DNA of 32,000 bases, taken from positions 1,890,001-1,922,000 of the forward strand of contig NC_014034.1 in assembly GCF_000021865.1 (NCBI RefSeq), given 5' to 3'. Shown here in pieces: positions 1 through 8,982 of this stretch (position 1 is its first letter; each line of letters begins with the position of its first letter). The position numbers and the translations under genes are program-made. The stretch is from Rhodobacter capsulatus SB 1003 (lineage in GTDB: Bacteria; Pseudomonadota; Alphaproteobacteria; Rhodobacterales; Rhodobacteraceae). Under the pieces are notes generated by a model. It was not told the origin of the DNA, did no database searches, and was given only the letters and a program-made list of their open reading frames with translations.

Positions 1-1655
1 TCTTCACCGAAGTGCCGATCCGCTCGGGCGAGGAACAGGAGATCACCACGATCGAGGGGCCGTTGCGCTGCATGGTGGCGCAGATCGAGGGCGCGGGCGG
101 ACGCGACGAGGTTTACCTGATGCCGGTCGCGCCGGGGCGGGCGCCGAGCACCGATCCGGTCTCGTTCGAGGCACTGCCGGTGGCGCTGATGCGGCTGACG
201 GTGGATGGCCGGGTGATCGAGGTGAACCGGGCCGCGCGCGGGCTTTTGGGGCAGATCCCGGCCTCGACGAAGCTGTCGGAGCTGTTCGAGGGGCTGGGCC
301 GTCCGGTGGATGACTGGGTTGTCGATGCGGTGGCCGGGCGGACCGAACGCCGCCCCGAGGTGCTGCGGGCGCGGCGCGGCGACCGCGAGGTCTTCCTGCA
401 GGTGACGCTGGCGCGGGTGATCGAGGAGGGACGACCGGGGCTGATTGCGGTGCTCTCGGATGCGACGCAGCTGAAGACGCTGGAAGGCCAGTTCGTGCAA
501 AGCCAGAAGATGCAGGCGATCGGCCAGCTTGCGGGCGGGGTTGCGCATGATTTCAACAACTTGCTGACCGCGATTTCGGGTCATTGCGATTTGCTGATGC
601 TGCGCCACGACAAGGGCGACCCCGATTACACCGATCTTGACCAGATCAGCCAGAATGCCAACCGGGCGGCCTCGCTGGTCGGGCAGCTTCTGGCGTTTTC
701 GCGCAAGCAGACGCTGAAGCCGCGGATCATCGATCTGCGCGACACGCTGTCGGATCTGACGCATCTGCTGAACCGGCTGACCGGCGAAAAGGTCGTGCTG
801 ACGCTGACGCATGACCCGAATCTGGCGCCGATCCGGGCCGATAAGCGCCAGCTGGAACAGGTGATCATGAACCTCGTGGTGAATGCGCGCGACGCGATGC
901 CCGGTGGCGGCGAGATCCGGATCGAGACCGAGAACCTGCATCTGATCGAGGATCTGAAGCGCGACCGTGCCGCGGTGCCGAAGGGCAATTATGTCGTCGT
1001 CAAGGTGACCGACGAGGGGGTGGGGATCCCGGCCGACAAGCTGGGCAAGATCTTCGAACCCTTCTACACGACGAAGAAACCGGGCGAGGGGACGGGGCTG
1101 GGGCTCTCGACCGCCTACGGGATCGTCAAGCAGACCGGCGGCTATATCTTCTGCGATTCGGTGCTGGGCTCGGGGACCTGTTTCACGCTCTTCCTGCCGG
1201 CGCATGACCGGCCCTCGGAGATCGAGCAGGAGCCGGCGCTGCCGACAATGGAACTGCCGAGCATCGAGGAGAATTCCGCCGCGATGGTGCTTCTGGTCGA
1301 GGATGAGGCGCCGGTGCGGGCCTTTGCCTCGCGGGCGCTGAAACTGCGCGGCTATACGGTGTTCGAGGCCGAGAATGCCGAGGAAGCCTTGCGGATCCTC
1401 GAAGACGATCAGCTGCAGTTCGACGTCTTTGTCACCGATGTGATCATGCCCGGCATGGATGGCCCGACCTGGGTCGCCGAGGCGCTGAAGACCCGGCCGG
1501 ATACCGCCGTCGTCTTCGTTTCCGGCTATGCCGAGGACGTGTTCCGCGAAGGCCGTCCGCCGACCCCGAATTCGGTCTTCCTGCCCAAGCCCTTCTCGCT
1601 GAGCGAGCTGACGGCGACGGTGCAGAACCAGATCGCCCGCCGGGCGCGGGCCTGA
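1..1655 (+). CDS. cckA: Hybrid sensor histidine kinase/response regulator, CckA-type; 5' end lies outside the window
   Basis: The frame is open to the window edge, so the listed GTG at 12 is internal. It has a PAS-like segment, H-box GGVAHDFNNLLTAI, ATPase N/G boxes (NLVVNARDAMP, GEGTGLGLS) and a C-terminal receiver (LLVEDE...TDVIMPGMDG...PKPF). The H-box neighbourhood matches my memory of Caulobacter CckA; not searched. Confidence 0.75.
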   Translation, partial: FTEVPIRSGEEQEITTIEGPLRCMVAQIEGAGGRDEVYLMPVAPGRAPSTDPVSFEALPVALMRLTVDGRVIEVNRAARGLLGQIPASTKLSELFEGLGRPVDDWVVDAVAGRTERRPEVLRARRGDREVFLQVTLARVIEEGRPGLIAVLSDATQLKTLEGQFVQSQKMQAIGQLAGGVAHDFNNLLTAISGHCDLLMLRHDKGDPDYTDLDQISQNANRAASLVGQLLAFSRKQTLKPRIIDLRDTLSDLTHLLNRLTGEKVVLTLTHDPNLAPIRADKRQLEQVIMNLVVNARDAMPGGGEIRIETENLHLIEDLKRDRAAVPKGNYVVVKVTDEGVGIPADKLGKIFEPFYTTKKPGEGTGLGLSTAYGIVKQTGGYIFCDSVLGSGTCFTLFLPAHDRPSEIEQEPALPTMELPSIEENSAAMVLLVEDEAPVRAFASRALKLRGYTVFEAENAEEALRILEDDQLQFDVFVTDVIMPGMDGPTWVAEALKTRPDTAVVFVSGYAEDVFREGRPPTPNSVFLPKPFSLSELTATVQNQIARRARA

Positions 1656-1661
1656 AGGCGC

Positions 1662-2255
1662 TCAGGCGAGGCTGTCGTAAAGCCGGAAATCGGCGGCCAT
1701 CGCCTGTTTCAGCGCCGCCTCGGTCTCGGGCTGCAGTGCCACATCCGCCGCGGGCGGCACGTTCACCCGCGCAAGCGTGATCGCGCAATCGAGCCGGTCT
1801 TCGAGGAAATGCACGAAAGCGTCGATTTCCTCGTAGCGGAAGATGCGATCGACCCGCGGCGTGCCGTCGGGGCCGCACAGATGCGCCGCTTGCGAGCCGA
1901 TATCGGCCTGCGGTGACGGCGTCGGCGCCATGTAATCCTGTGCGAAAGCGTCAAAGCTTCGGCCCGCCATCGGGTGATCGGGGTCTTCCATGTCGTCGCG
2001 GGTGCGGAAGCGATACCAGGAGCGCAGCCAGCCGATCGGCTCGCGCATCAGCGCGACGGTGGTGAAGGGCGCCCCCGCCCGCGCCGCCAGCCAGGGCGCC
2101 AGAACCTGATGATAGTCGGTGGCGCTCATGTGCTTCATCGGGGCGGGGCGCTGCATCGACACGCTGGCGAGTGATTCGAGCGCCACTTCGACCGCGGTCG
2201 AACCCGCCTTGGGCGTTGCCAGAAAGACCAGTCGTTGTTCCCAGAAAATCAGCAT
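1662..2255 (-). CDS. Small sulfotransferase-family protein (197 aa)
   Basis: N-terminal LVFLATPKAGSTAVE resembles the 5'-PSB (PAPS-binding) loop of sulfotransferases. Codon usage is GC3-rich. SD GGGAGG lies about 9 nt upstream of the ATG at 2255. Function is not assignable. Confidence 0.55.
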   Translation of the reverse strand: MLIFWEQRLVFLATPKAGSTAVEVALESLASVSMQRPAPMKHMSATDYHQVLAPWLAARAGAPFTTVALMREPIGWLRSWYRFRTRDDMEDPDHPMAGRSFDAFAQDYMAPTPSPQADIGSQAAHLCGPDGTPRVDRIFRYEEIDAFVHFLEDRLDCAITLARVNVPPAADVALQPETEAALKQAMAADFRLYDSLA

Positions 2256-2397
2256 GTTCCGGTGCCTCCCGACAAATTTCGCCTCTGCTTACTGAAAGAC
2301 CCCGGCGCGGTAAAGCCGGGCCGCGTGCCGTCGCGCCGGGGATAACCTTTTCTTAACCCTGCGGGCGCAGGCTGATTGTGGAGAATTTGATTGCAAT

Positions 2398-2412
2398 GTT
2401 CCGCAATTGTAC
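2398..2412. promoter_or_regulatory. SOS (LexA) box-like direct repeat GTTC-N7-GTAC in the recA promoter
   Basis: gttc cgcaatt gtac has one mismatch to the alphaproteobacterial LexA motif GTTC-N7-GTTC. It sits between the TTGCAA/TTGATT -35-like hexamers and the recA start. Confidence 0.5.
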
Positions 2413-2423
2413 TCATACCATGA

Positions 2424-2438
2424 GAACAAGACAGGAAC
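2424..2438. promoter_or_regulatory. SOS (LexA) box GAAC-N7-GAAC (equals GTTC-N7-GTTC on the - strand)
   Basis: gaac aagacag gaac is a perfect match to the alphaproteobacterial SOS box, 61 nt upstream of the recA ATG. Confidence 0.7.
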
Positions 2439-2498
2439 GGATGCGGTGCGCTCGGTCGATTGCCGCGCGGCACGCCCTGTGGGATAAGGGGACGACAG

Positions 2499-3566
2499 AT
2501 GGCAACGACGGGCTTGTTCGAGATGAACGACAAAGGCAAGGCAGACAAGCAAAAGGCGCTGGAATCGGCCCTTGCGCAGATCGAACGGCAGTTCGGCAAG
2601 GGCTCGATCATGAAGCTTGGCGGCGACACCCCGCCGCCGGAGATCGAGGCCACCTCGACCGGCTCGCTTGGCCTGGACATTGCGCTTGGCATCGGCGGTC
2701 TGCCGAAGGGGCGGATCGTCGAGATCTACGGGCCGGAAAGCTCGGGGAAGACCACGCTGACGCTGCATTGCATTGCGGAAGAACAGAAAAAGGGCGGAGT
2801 CTGCGCCTTTGTCGACGCCGAACATGCGCTTGACCCCTATTATGCGAAGAAGCTGGGCGTCAGTCTGGAAGATCTGCTGATCTCGCAGCCCGACACCGGG
2901 GAACAGGCGCTGGAAATCGTCGACACGCTGGTGCGCTCGGGCGCGGTGAGCCTGGTCGTCGTCGACTCGGTGGCGGCGCTGACGCCGAAGGCCGAGATCG
3001 AGGGCGACATGGGCGATGCGACCGTGGGCGCGCAGGCCCGGCTGATGAGCCAGGCGATGCGGAAACTGACCGCCTCGATCGGGCGGTCGAACTGCATGGT
3101 GATCTTCATCAACCAGATCCGGATGAAGATCGGCGTGATGTTCGGCTCGCCCGAGACGACCTCGGGCGGCAATGCGCTGAAATTCTACGCTTCGGTGCGT
3201 CTGGACATCCGCCGCACCGGCGCGATCAAGGACCGCGACGAGGTGATCGGCAACCAGACCCGGGTCAAGGTGGTGAAGAACAAGGTGGCGCCGCCCTTCC
3301 GCGAGGTCGAATTCGACATCCTTTACGGCGAGGGCATTTCCAAGGTCGGCGAGCTGGTCGATCTGGGCGTCAAGGCGGGCGTGGTGGCGAAATCGGGCGC
3401 CTGGTATTCCTATGGCGACGAGCGCATCGGCCAGGGCCGCGAGAATGCCAAGCAATTCCTGCGCGACAATCCCGACATCGCCTATGAGATCGAGGACAAG
3501 ATCCGGGCCAGCCACGGGCTGGAATTCGGTGTCGATCCGACCGCGGAAGATCTGACCGAAGAGTAA
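2499..3566 (+). CDS. recA: Recombinase RecA
   Basis: [41 protein letters not shown], Walker [10 protein letters not shown] and full-length RecA similarity. I chose the ATG at 2499 (SD AAGGGGA 7 nt upstream) over the track start at 2460. Confidence 0.97.
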   Translation: MATTGLFEMNDKGKADKQKALESALAQIERQFGKGSIMKLGGDTPPPEIEATSTGSLGLDIALGIGGLPKGRIVEIYGPESSGKTTLTLHCIAEEQKKGGVCAFVDAEHALDPYYAKKLGVSLEDLLISQPDTGEQALEIVDTLVRSGAVSLVVVDSVAALTPKAEIEGDMGDATVGAQARLMSQAMRKLTASIGRSNCMVIFINQIRMKIGVMFGSPETTSGGNALKFYASVRLDIRRTGAIKDRDEVIGNQTRVKVVKNKVAPPFREVEFDILYGEGISKVGELVDLGVKAGVVAKSGAWYSYGDERIGQGRENAKQFLRDNPDIAYEIEDKIRASHGLEFGVDPTAEDLTEE

Positions 3567-3616
3567 GGCCGCAAGGCCCGCTGCGCTTTGCAGCAGCACC
3601 AGAAGGGTGCAGTGCG

Positions 3617-3647
3617 ACGGCCGGGTTCCCCCCGGCCGTTTTGCTTT
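3617..3647 (+). terminator. Rho-independent terminator after recA
   Basis: Perfect 9-bp stem acggccggg/cccggccgt with a 5-nt loop, followed by TTTGCTTT. Confidence 0.75.
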
Positions 3648-3705
3648 CTGGACAGGGCCGGGCCGGGCCGCTAAACGGGGGGAAATCCGCAAAAAAGGCT
3701 TGCCC

Positions 3706-6360
3706 ATGCCCAGTCTGAACGACATCCGGTCCACCTTCCTTGCCTTCTTCGAAAAGAACGGTCACCGCGTGGTGGAAAGCTCTCCGCTGGTTCCCCGCAA
3801 CGACCCGACGCTGATGTTCACCAACTCCGGCATGGTGCAGTTCAAGAACTGCTTCACCGGGGTGGAAAAGCGCGATTACGTCCGCGCGACGACGGCGCAG
3901 AAATGCGTCCGCGCGGGCGGCAAGCACAACGACCTCGACAACGTCGGCTATACCGCGCGCCACCACACCTTCTTCGAAATGCTCGGCAACTTTTCCTTTG
4001 GCGATTACTTCAAGGAAAAGGCGATCACCTATGCCTGGGAGCTGCTGACCAAGGATTTCGACATTCCGAAATCGAAGCTGCTGGTCACCGTCTATCACAC
4101 CGATGACGAGGCGGCGGCGATCTGGAAGAAGGTTTCGGGGCTGACCGATGAGCGCATCATCCGCATCCCCACCAAGGACAATTTCTGGCAGATGGGGCCG
4201 ACCGGGCCCTGCGGCCCCTGCACCGAGATCTTCTTTGATCACGGCGACCATATCTGGGGCGGCCCGCCCGGCTCCAAGGACGAGGATGGCGACCGCTTCA
4301 TCGAGATCTGGAACAACGTCTTCATGCAGAACGAGCAGTTCGAGGACGGCTCGATGGTCGAGTTGGAGATGCAGTCGATCGACACCGGCATGGGGCTGGA
4401 GCGGATCGGCGCGCTGCTGCAGGGCAAGCACGACAACTACGACACCGATCTGATGCGCAGCCTGATCGAGGCTTCGGCCCATGCGACCTCGGCCGATCCG
4501 GACGGGGCGGGCAAGGTGCATCATCGCGTCATCGCCGACCATCTGCGCTCGACCTCGTTCCTGATTGCCGACGGGGTGATGCCCTCGAACGACGGCCGCG
4601 GCTATGTGCTGCGCCGGATTTTGCGTCGCGCCGCGCGGCATGCGCATATGCTGGGGGCGAAAGACCCGGTGATGCACAAGCTGGTGCCGGCGCTGGTGCG
4701 GCAGATGGGGGCGGCTTATCCGGAACTCGTCCGCGCCCAGGCGCTGATCGAGGAAACGCTGAAGCTCGAGGAAACCCGGTTCAAGGTCACGCTGGAACGC
4801 GGGCTGAAGCTGCTCGATGACGAGCTTGCCGCGCTGCCCGAAGGGGCGGAACTGCCGGGCCCTGCCGCCTTCAAGCTTTACGACACCTATGGCTTCCCGC
4901 TCGATCTGACGCAGGATGCTTTGCGCGAAAAGGGCCGCACCGTCGACACCGCGGGGTTCGATGCCGCGATGGAGGAGCAAAAGGCGAAGGCGCGGGCGAG
5001 CTGGTCGGGCTCGGGCGAGGCCACGGATGCGAAGCTCTGGTTCGAGATTGCGGAACGCGCGGGCGTGACCGAATTCCTCGGCTATGACACCGAAACCGCC
5101 GAGGGGCAGATCCAGGCGCTGGTGATCGAGGGCGCCGAAGTGACCGAGGCCACCGGCGCGGTGCAGATCGTCGTCAACCAGACGCCGTTCTATGCCGAAT
5201 CCGGCGGTCAGGTCGGCGATCACGGCATCATCCGCACCGACAGCGCCGAGATCCGCATCACCGACACGAAAAAGGTCGCGGGTGTGTTCATCCATATCGG
5301 CGAGGTTGTCGAGGGCAAGGTGACGAGGGGCCAGCCCGCGAAGCTGGAGGTCGATCACGCGCGGCGTTCCGCGATCCGCGCGAACCACTCGGCCACGCAC
5401 CTTCTGCACGAGGCGCTGCGCCGTGCGCTTGGCGATCACGTCGCGCAAAAGGGCTCCTTGAATGCCGAAGACCGGCTGCGGTTCGACTTCAGCCACGGCA
5501 AGGCGATGACCGCCGAAGAGCTGATGACGGTCGAGGCCGAGGTGAATGCCTTCATCCGGCAGAATACCCCGGTCGAGACCCGGATCATGACGCCCGACGA
5601 TGCCCGCGGCCTTGGCGCGCAGGCGCTGTTCGGCGAGAAATACGGCGATGAAGTCCGCGTCGTCTCGATGGGCGAGCTTTTGGGCTCGGGCAAGGGGCAT
5701 GACGGGCGGACCTACAGCCTGGAACTTTGCGGCGGCACGCATGTGAAGCGCACGGGCGACATTGGCGCCTTTGTCGCGCTTGGCGAAAGCGCGTCTTCGG
5801 CTGGCGTGCGGCGCTTCGAGGCGCTGACCGGGCAGGCGGCGCTGGATTGGCTCAAGGCGCAGAACGCGCGCCTGGCTGAAGTGGCGGGCCTGCTGAAAAC
5901 CTCGCCCGCGGAAGTGGCCGACCGGGTCAAGGCGCTGGCCGAGGAACGCAAGGCCTTGGCCAATGAGGTGGCGCAGCTACGCCGGGAACTGGCCATGGGC
6001 GGCGGTGCGGCTGGTGGCCAGGAAGTGATCGAAATCAAGGGCTTGCGCTTCATTGCTCAGGTGGTGTCCGGCGTTTCGGGCAAGGATCTTCCGGCGCTGG
6101 TCGATGGGCTGAAGGACAAGGTCGGCTCGGGCGCGGTGCTGGTGGTGGCCGATACCGGCGGCAAGGCGGCCTGCGCGGCAGGCGTGACGGCGGACAAGAC
6201 CGGCACCGTTTCCGCGGTCGAGATCGTCAAGATCGCGGCGGCGGCGCTTGGCGGCAAGGGCGGCGGCGGTCGGCCCGACATGGCGCAGGCGGGCGGGGCC
6301 GATCCGGCCAAGGCGGACGACGCCGTCGCCGCGGTCAAAGCCATGCTGGAGGCGCTGTGA
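3706..6360 (+). CDS. alaS: Alanine--tRNA ligase
   Basis: [20 protein letters not shown] start, class II AARS core, editing-domain HxxxH (HSATHLLH) and a C-terminal DHHA1-like region. I chose the ATG at 3706 over the upstream in-frame extension from 3607. Confidence 0.97.
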   Translation: MPSLNDIRSTFLAFFEKNGHRVVESSPLVPRNDPTLMFTNSGMVQFKNCFTGVEKRDYVRATTAQKCVRAGGKHNDLDNVGYTARHHTFFEMLGNFSFGDYFKEKAITYAWELLTKDFDIPKSKLLVTVYHTDDEAAAIWKKVSGLTDERIIRIPTKDNFWQMGPTGPCGPCTEIFFDHGDHIWGGPPGSKDEDGDRFIEIWNNVFMQNEQFEDGSMVELEMQSIDTGMGLERIGALLQGKHDNYDTDLMRSLIEASAHATSADPDGAGKVHHRVIADHLRSTSFLIADGVMPSNDGRGYVLRRILRRAARHAHMLGAKDPVMHKLVPALVRQMGAAYPELVRAQALIEETLKLEETRFKVTLERGLKLLDDELAALPEGAELPGPAAFKLYDTYGFPLDLTQDALREKGRTVDTAGFDAAMEEQKAKARASWSGSGEATDAKLWFEIAERAGVTEFLGYDTETAEGQIQALVIEGAEVTEATGAVQIVVNQTPFYAESGGQVGDHGIIRTDSAEIRITDTKKVAGVFIHIGEVVEGKVTRGQPAKLEVDHARRSAIRANHSATHLLHEALRRALGDHVAQKGSLNAEDRLRFDFSHGKAMTAEELMTVEAEVNAFIRQNTPVETRIMTPDDARGLGAQALFGEKYGDEVRVVSMGELLGSGKGHDGRTYSLELCGGTHVKRTGDIGAFVALGESASSAGVRRFEALTGQAALDWLKAQNARLAEVAGLLKTSPAEVADRVKALAEERKALANEVAQLRRELAMGGGAAGGQEVIEIKGLRFIAQVVSGVSGKDLPALVDGLKDKVGSGAVLVVADTGGKAACAAGVTADKTGTVSAVEIVKIAAAALGGKGGGGRPDMAQAGGADPAKADDAVAAVKAMLEAL

Positions 6361-6650
6361 TGCCCTCGGCGCTCTGGATTGCCCATGTGAAGGTCCTTGA
6401 TGCCGAGGCTTACGGCAAATATGCCGCCGCGGCCGGTCCGGCGATTGCGGCGCATGGCGGGGTCTTCCTCGCCCGCGCCACCCGCTATGTGCAGCTTGAA
6501 GGCAATGACCGCGCCCGCAATGTGGTGGCGCGCTTCCCCAGCCTGGAAGCCGCTGTGGCCTGCTACAATTCCGAGGCCTATCAGGCCGCTTTGTCGCATG
6601 CCAAAGGGGCGTCCGAACGCGATCTCGTGATCGTCGAGGAGAACGCCTGA
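6360..6650 (+). CDS. DUF1330 domain protein
   Basis: WIAHVKVLDAEAYGKYAAAAGPAIAAHGG...VVARFPSLEAAVACYNSEAYQAAL is typical DUF1330. The start ATG overlaps the alaS stop (TGATG); GTG at 6357 is an alternative. Confidence 0.7.
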   Translation: MPSALWIAHVKVLDAEAYGKYAAAAGPAIAAHGGVFLARATRYVQLEGNDRARNVVARFPSLEAAVACYNSEAYQAALSHAKGASERDLVIVEENA

Positions 6651-6737
6651 CTTTCGCCCCGTCCCGGATTGCGTTACTGTAACAGCATCATGTCAACGCC
6701 AACCGGGGCGGAGCAACCGCCTGTTTGGGGCCGGAAA

Positions 6738-7532
6738 ATGTGCCGTTGGGCAGCCTATGTCGGGGAACCGATCTTTCTTGAAGATATCGTCTCGAAGCCG
6801 GGACATTCGCTGATCCACCAGAGCCATTGCGCCACGCAATGCCATACGGCGATCAACGCCGACGGCTTCGGTCTGGCTTGGTATGGCGAGCGCCCCGAGC
6901 CCGGGCTTTACCGCGATGTCATGCCCGCCTGGTCGGACCCGAACCTCAAATCCCTGACGGCGCAGGTGAAATCCCCGCTTTTCCTCGCGCATGTGCGGGC
7001 CTCGACCGGCACGGCGACCAGCCGGAACAACTGTCACCCCTTCGTCGTCGGCCGCTGGAGCTTCATGCACAACGGCCAGATCGGCGGTTACAACGCCTTT
7101 CGCCGCGCAGGCGAAATGCTGATCCCCGATCATCTTTACCCGCACAGGAAGGGCGCCACCGACAGCGAGGCGCTGTTTCTGCTCGCCTTGGCCGAGGGGC
7201 TGGATGATGATCCTAAGGCCGCGCTCGAACGGGCGACGGCACGGCTGGAATCGCTCTCGCATGAACGCGGGCAGGGGCCGCACATGCGCCTGACCGCGGC
7301 CTTTTCCGATGGCCAGCGGCTTTACGCGGTCCGTTACGCCAGCGACGATCTGGCGCCGACGCTTTATCACCGCTGGTCCGACACCCGGCAGGGCCGCGCC
7401 GTCGTCTCCGAACCGCTCGAGGATGGCGAGGGCGACTGGACCCCGGTGCCGCCCGGGTCGTTCTGCGTCTTCGAGGGGGCGTCGCTGACCATCGAACCCT
7501 TTGCCCCGAAGCCGCAGGCGGTGGCGGCGTAA
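6738..7532 (+). CDS. Class II (Ntn-type) glutamine amidotransferase, YafJ/EgtC-like
   Basis: Starts MCRW, with the nucleophile Cys directly after Met. Motifs [20 protein letters not shown] and HNGQI are present. I chose the ATG at 6738 so that Cys is residue 2. Confidence 0.8.
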   Translation: MCRWAAYVGEPIFLEDIVSKPGHSLIHQSHCATQCHTAINADGFGLAWYGERPEPGLYRDVMPAWSDPNLKSLTAQVKSPLFLAHVRASTGTATSRNNCHPFVVGRWSFMHNGQIGGYNAFRRAGEMLIPDHLYPHRKGATDSEALFLLALAEGLDDDPKAALERATARLESLSHERGQGPHMRLTAAFSDGQRLYAVRYASDDLAPTLYHRWSDTRQGRAVVSEPLEDGEGDWTPVPPGSFCVFEGASLTIEPFAPKPQAVAA

Positions 7533-7599
7533 GCGGTTCTGCTGTTTCCTCGCGCCTGCAATTGCGCTAATCCGCAGGGACAAAGTTGCGAGGAAGCCG

Positions 7600-8982
7600 A
7601 TGATCCGCCTGCACAATAGCAAGACCCGCCGCAAGGAAACGTTCCGCCCGCTCGATCCTCGACATGTGCGGATGTATCTCTGCGGGCCGACCGTCTATGA
7701 CCGCGCCCATCTGGGCAATGCGCGGCCGGTCGTGGTGTTTGACGTGCTCTATCGGCTTCTGCGCCATGTCTATGGCGCGGATCATGTGACTTATGTGCGC
7801 AATTTCACCGATGTCGACGACAAGATCAACGCGACCGCATTGGCGCGCAAAGAGGCGGGCGCCCCCGGCACGCTGGAAGAGCTGATCCGCGCCCGGACCG
7901 AGGAGACGATCGGCTGGTATCACGCCGACATGGACGCGCTTGGCGCGCTTCGCCCCGATCACGAGCCGCGGGCGACCGATTACATCGGCGCGATGATCAC
8001 GATGATCGCCGATCTGATCGTCCGCGGCCACGCCTATGCCAAGGACGGCCATGTGCTGTTTCGCGTGCGCAGCTACACCGAGTATGGCGCGCTTTCGGGC
8101 CGCTCGGTCGATGACATGATCGCCGGGGCGCGGGTCGAGGTGGCGCCCTTCAAGGAAGATCCGATGGATTTCGTGCTCTGGAAGCCGTCGGATGCGGATC
8201 TGCCGGGTTGGGACAGCCCCTGGGGCCGTGGCCGTCCGGGCTGGCATATCGAATGCTCGGCGATGTCCTATGAACTGCTGGGCGCGAGTTTCGACATTCA
8301 CGCGGGCGGGATCGACCTGCAATTCCCGCACCATGAAAACGAGATCGCGCAAAGCTGCTGCGCCCATCCAGAGGGTGGGTTCGCCAATGTCTGGCTGCAC
8401 AACGAGATGCTGCAGGTCGAGGGCAAGAAGATGTCCAAGTCCTTGGGCAATTTCTTCACCGTGCGGGATCTGCTGGATCAGGGCATCCCGGGCGAGGTGA
8501 TCCGGTTTGTCTTCCTGCAGACGCATTACGGCAAGCCGATGGACTGGACGGCGGAAAAGGCCGCGCAGGCCGAGGCGACCTTGCGCAAATGGCGGGCGCT
8601 GACGGCGGGGGTGGCACCCTCGCATGAGGTGGCGCCCGGCGTGCTCGAGGCTTTGGCCGATGATCTGAACACCGCGGGCGCGCTCGCGGTGCTGCATGGG
8701 CTGACCGGGGAACCGGCGCTCCTCAAGGGCTCGGCGCAGATGCTGGGGCTTTTGCTGGACGAGATGGGCGATTGGGCGAAGGCGCCCGAGGTTGATCTGT
8801 CGGGCTTTGCCGCGAAGCTTTCCGATCTGCGTGCAAAAGCGATGGAAACCAAGGACTTCGCCCCGGTCGATGCGCTGAAATCGGCGCTGATGGCGGCGGG
8901 GGTCGAGGTGAGGATGTCGAAAGCGGGCGTCGAATTGCTGCCCGGCCCCGGCTTTGACGCCGCGAAGCTGGAGGGGCTGTGA
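7600..8982 (+). CDS. cysS: Cysteine--tRNA ligase
   Basis: [19 protein letters not shown] (HIGH-type), KMSKS present, and Zn-binding Cys residues. I chose the ATG at 7600 with SD GAGGAAG. Confidence 0.95.
   Translation: MIRLHNSKTRRKETFRPLDPRHVRMYLCGPTVYDRAHLGNARPVVVFDVLYRLLRHVYGADHVTYVRNFTDVDDKINATALARKEAGAPGTLEELIRARTEETIGWYHADMDALGALRPDHEPRATDYIGAMITMIADLIVRGHAYAKDGHVLFRVRSYTEYGALSGRSVDDMIAGARVEVAPFKEDPMDFVLWKPSDADLPGWDSPWGRGRPGWHIECSAMSYELLGASFDIHAGGIDLQFPHHENEIAQSCCAHPEGGFANVWLHNEMLQVEGKKMSKSLGNFFTVRDLLDQGIPGEVIRFVFLQTHYGKPMDWTAEKAAQAEATLRKWRALTAGVAPSHEVAPGVLEALADDLNTAGALAVLHGLTGEPALLKGSAQMLGLLLDEMGDWAKAPEVDLSGFAAKLSDLRAKAMETKDFAPVDALKSALMAAGVEVRMSKAGVELLPGPGFDAAKLEGL

Noticed and set aside
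3370-5742. 790-aa minus-strand ORF antisense to alaS. The same situation applies to 2289..3734 (antisense recA), 8526..10595 (antisense cimA), 18415..20697 (antisense cheA), 22436..23983 (antisense bgl), 24822..26471 (antisense aglE), 27820..30315 (antisense aglA) and 30176..31807.
   Set aside because: Each lies opposite a gene with unmistakable conserved-domain signatures. All have R/G/P/A/H-rich composition and no recognisable motifs or ribosome-binding sites. I treat them as GC-content artefacts.
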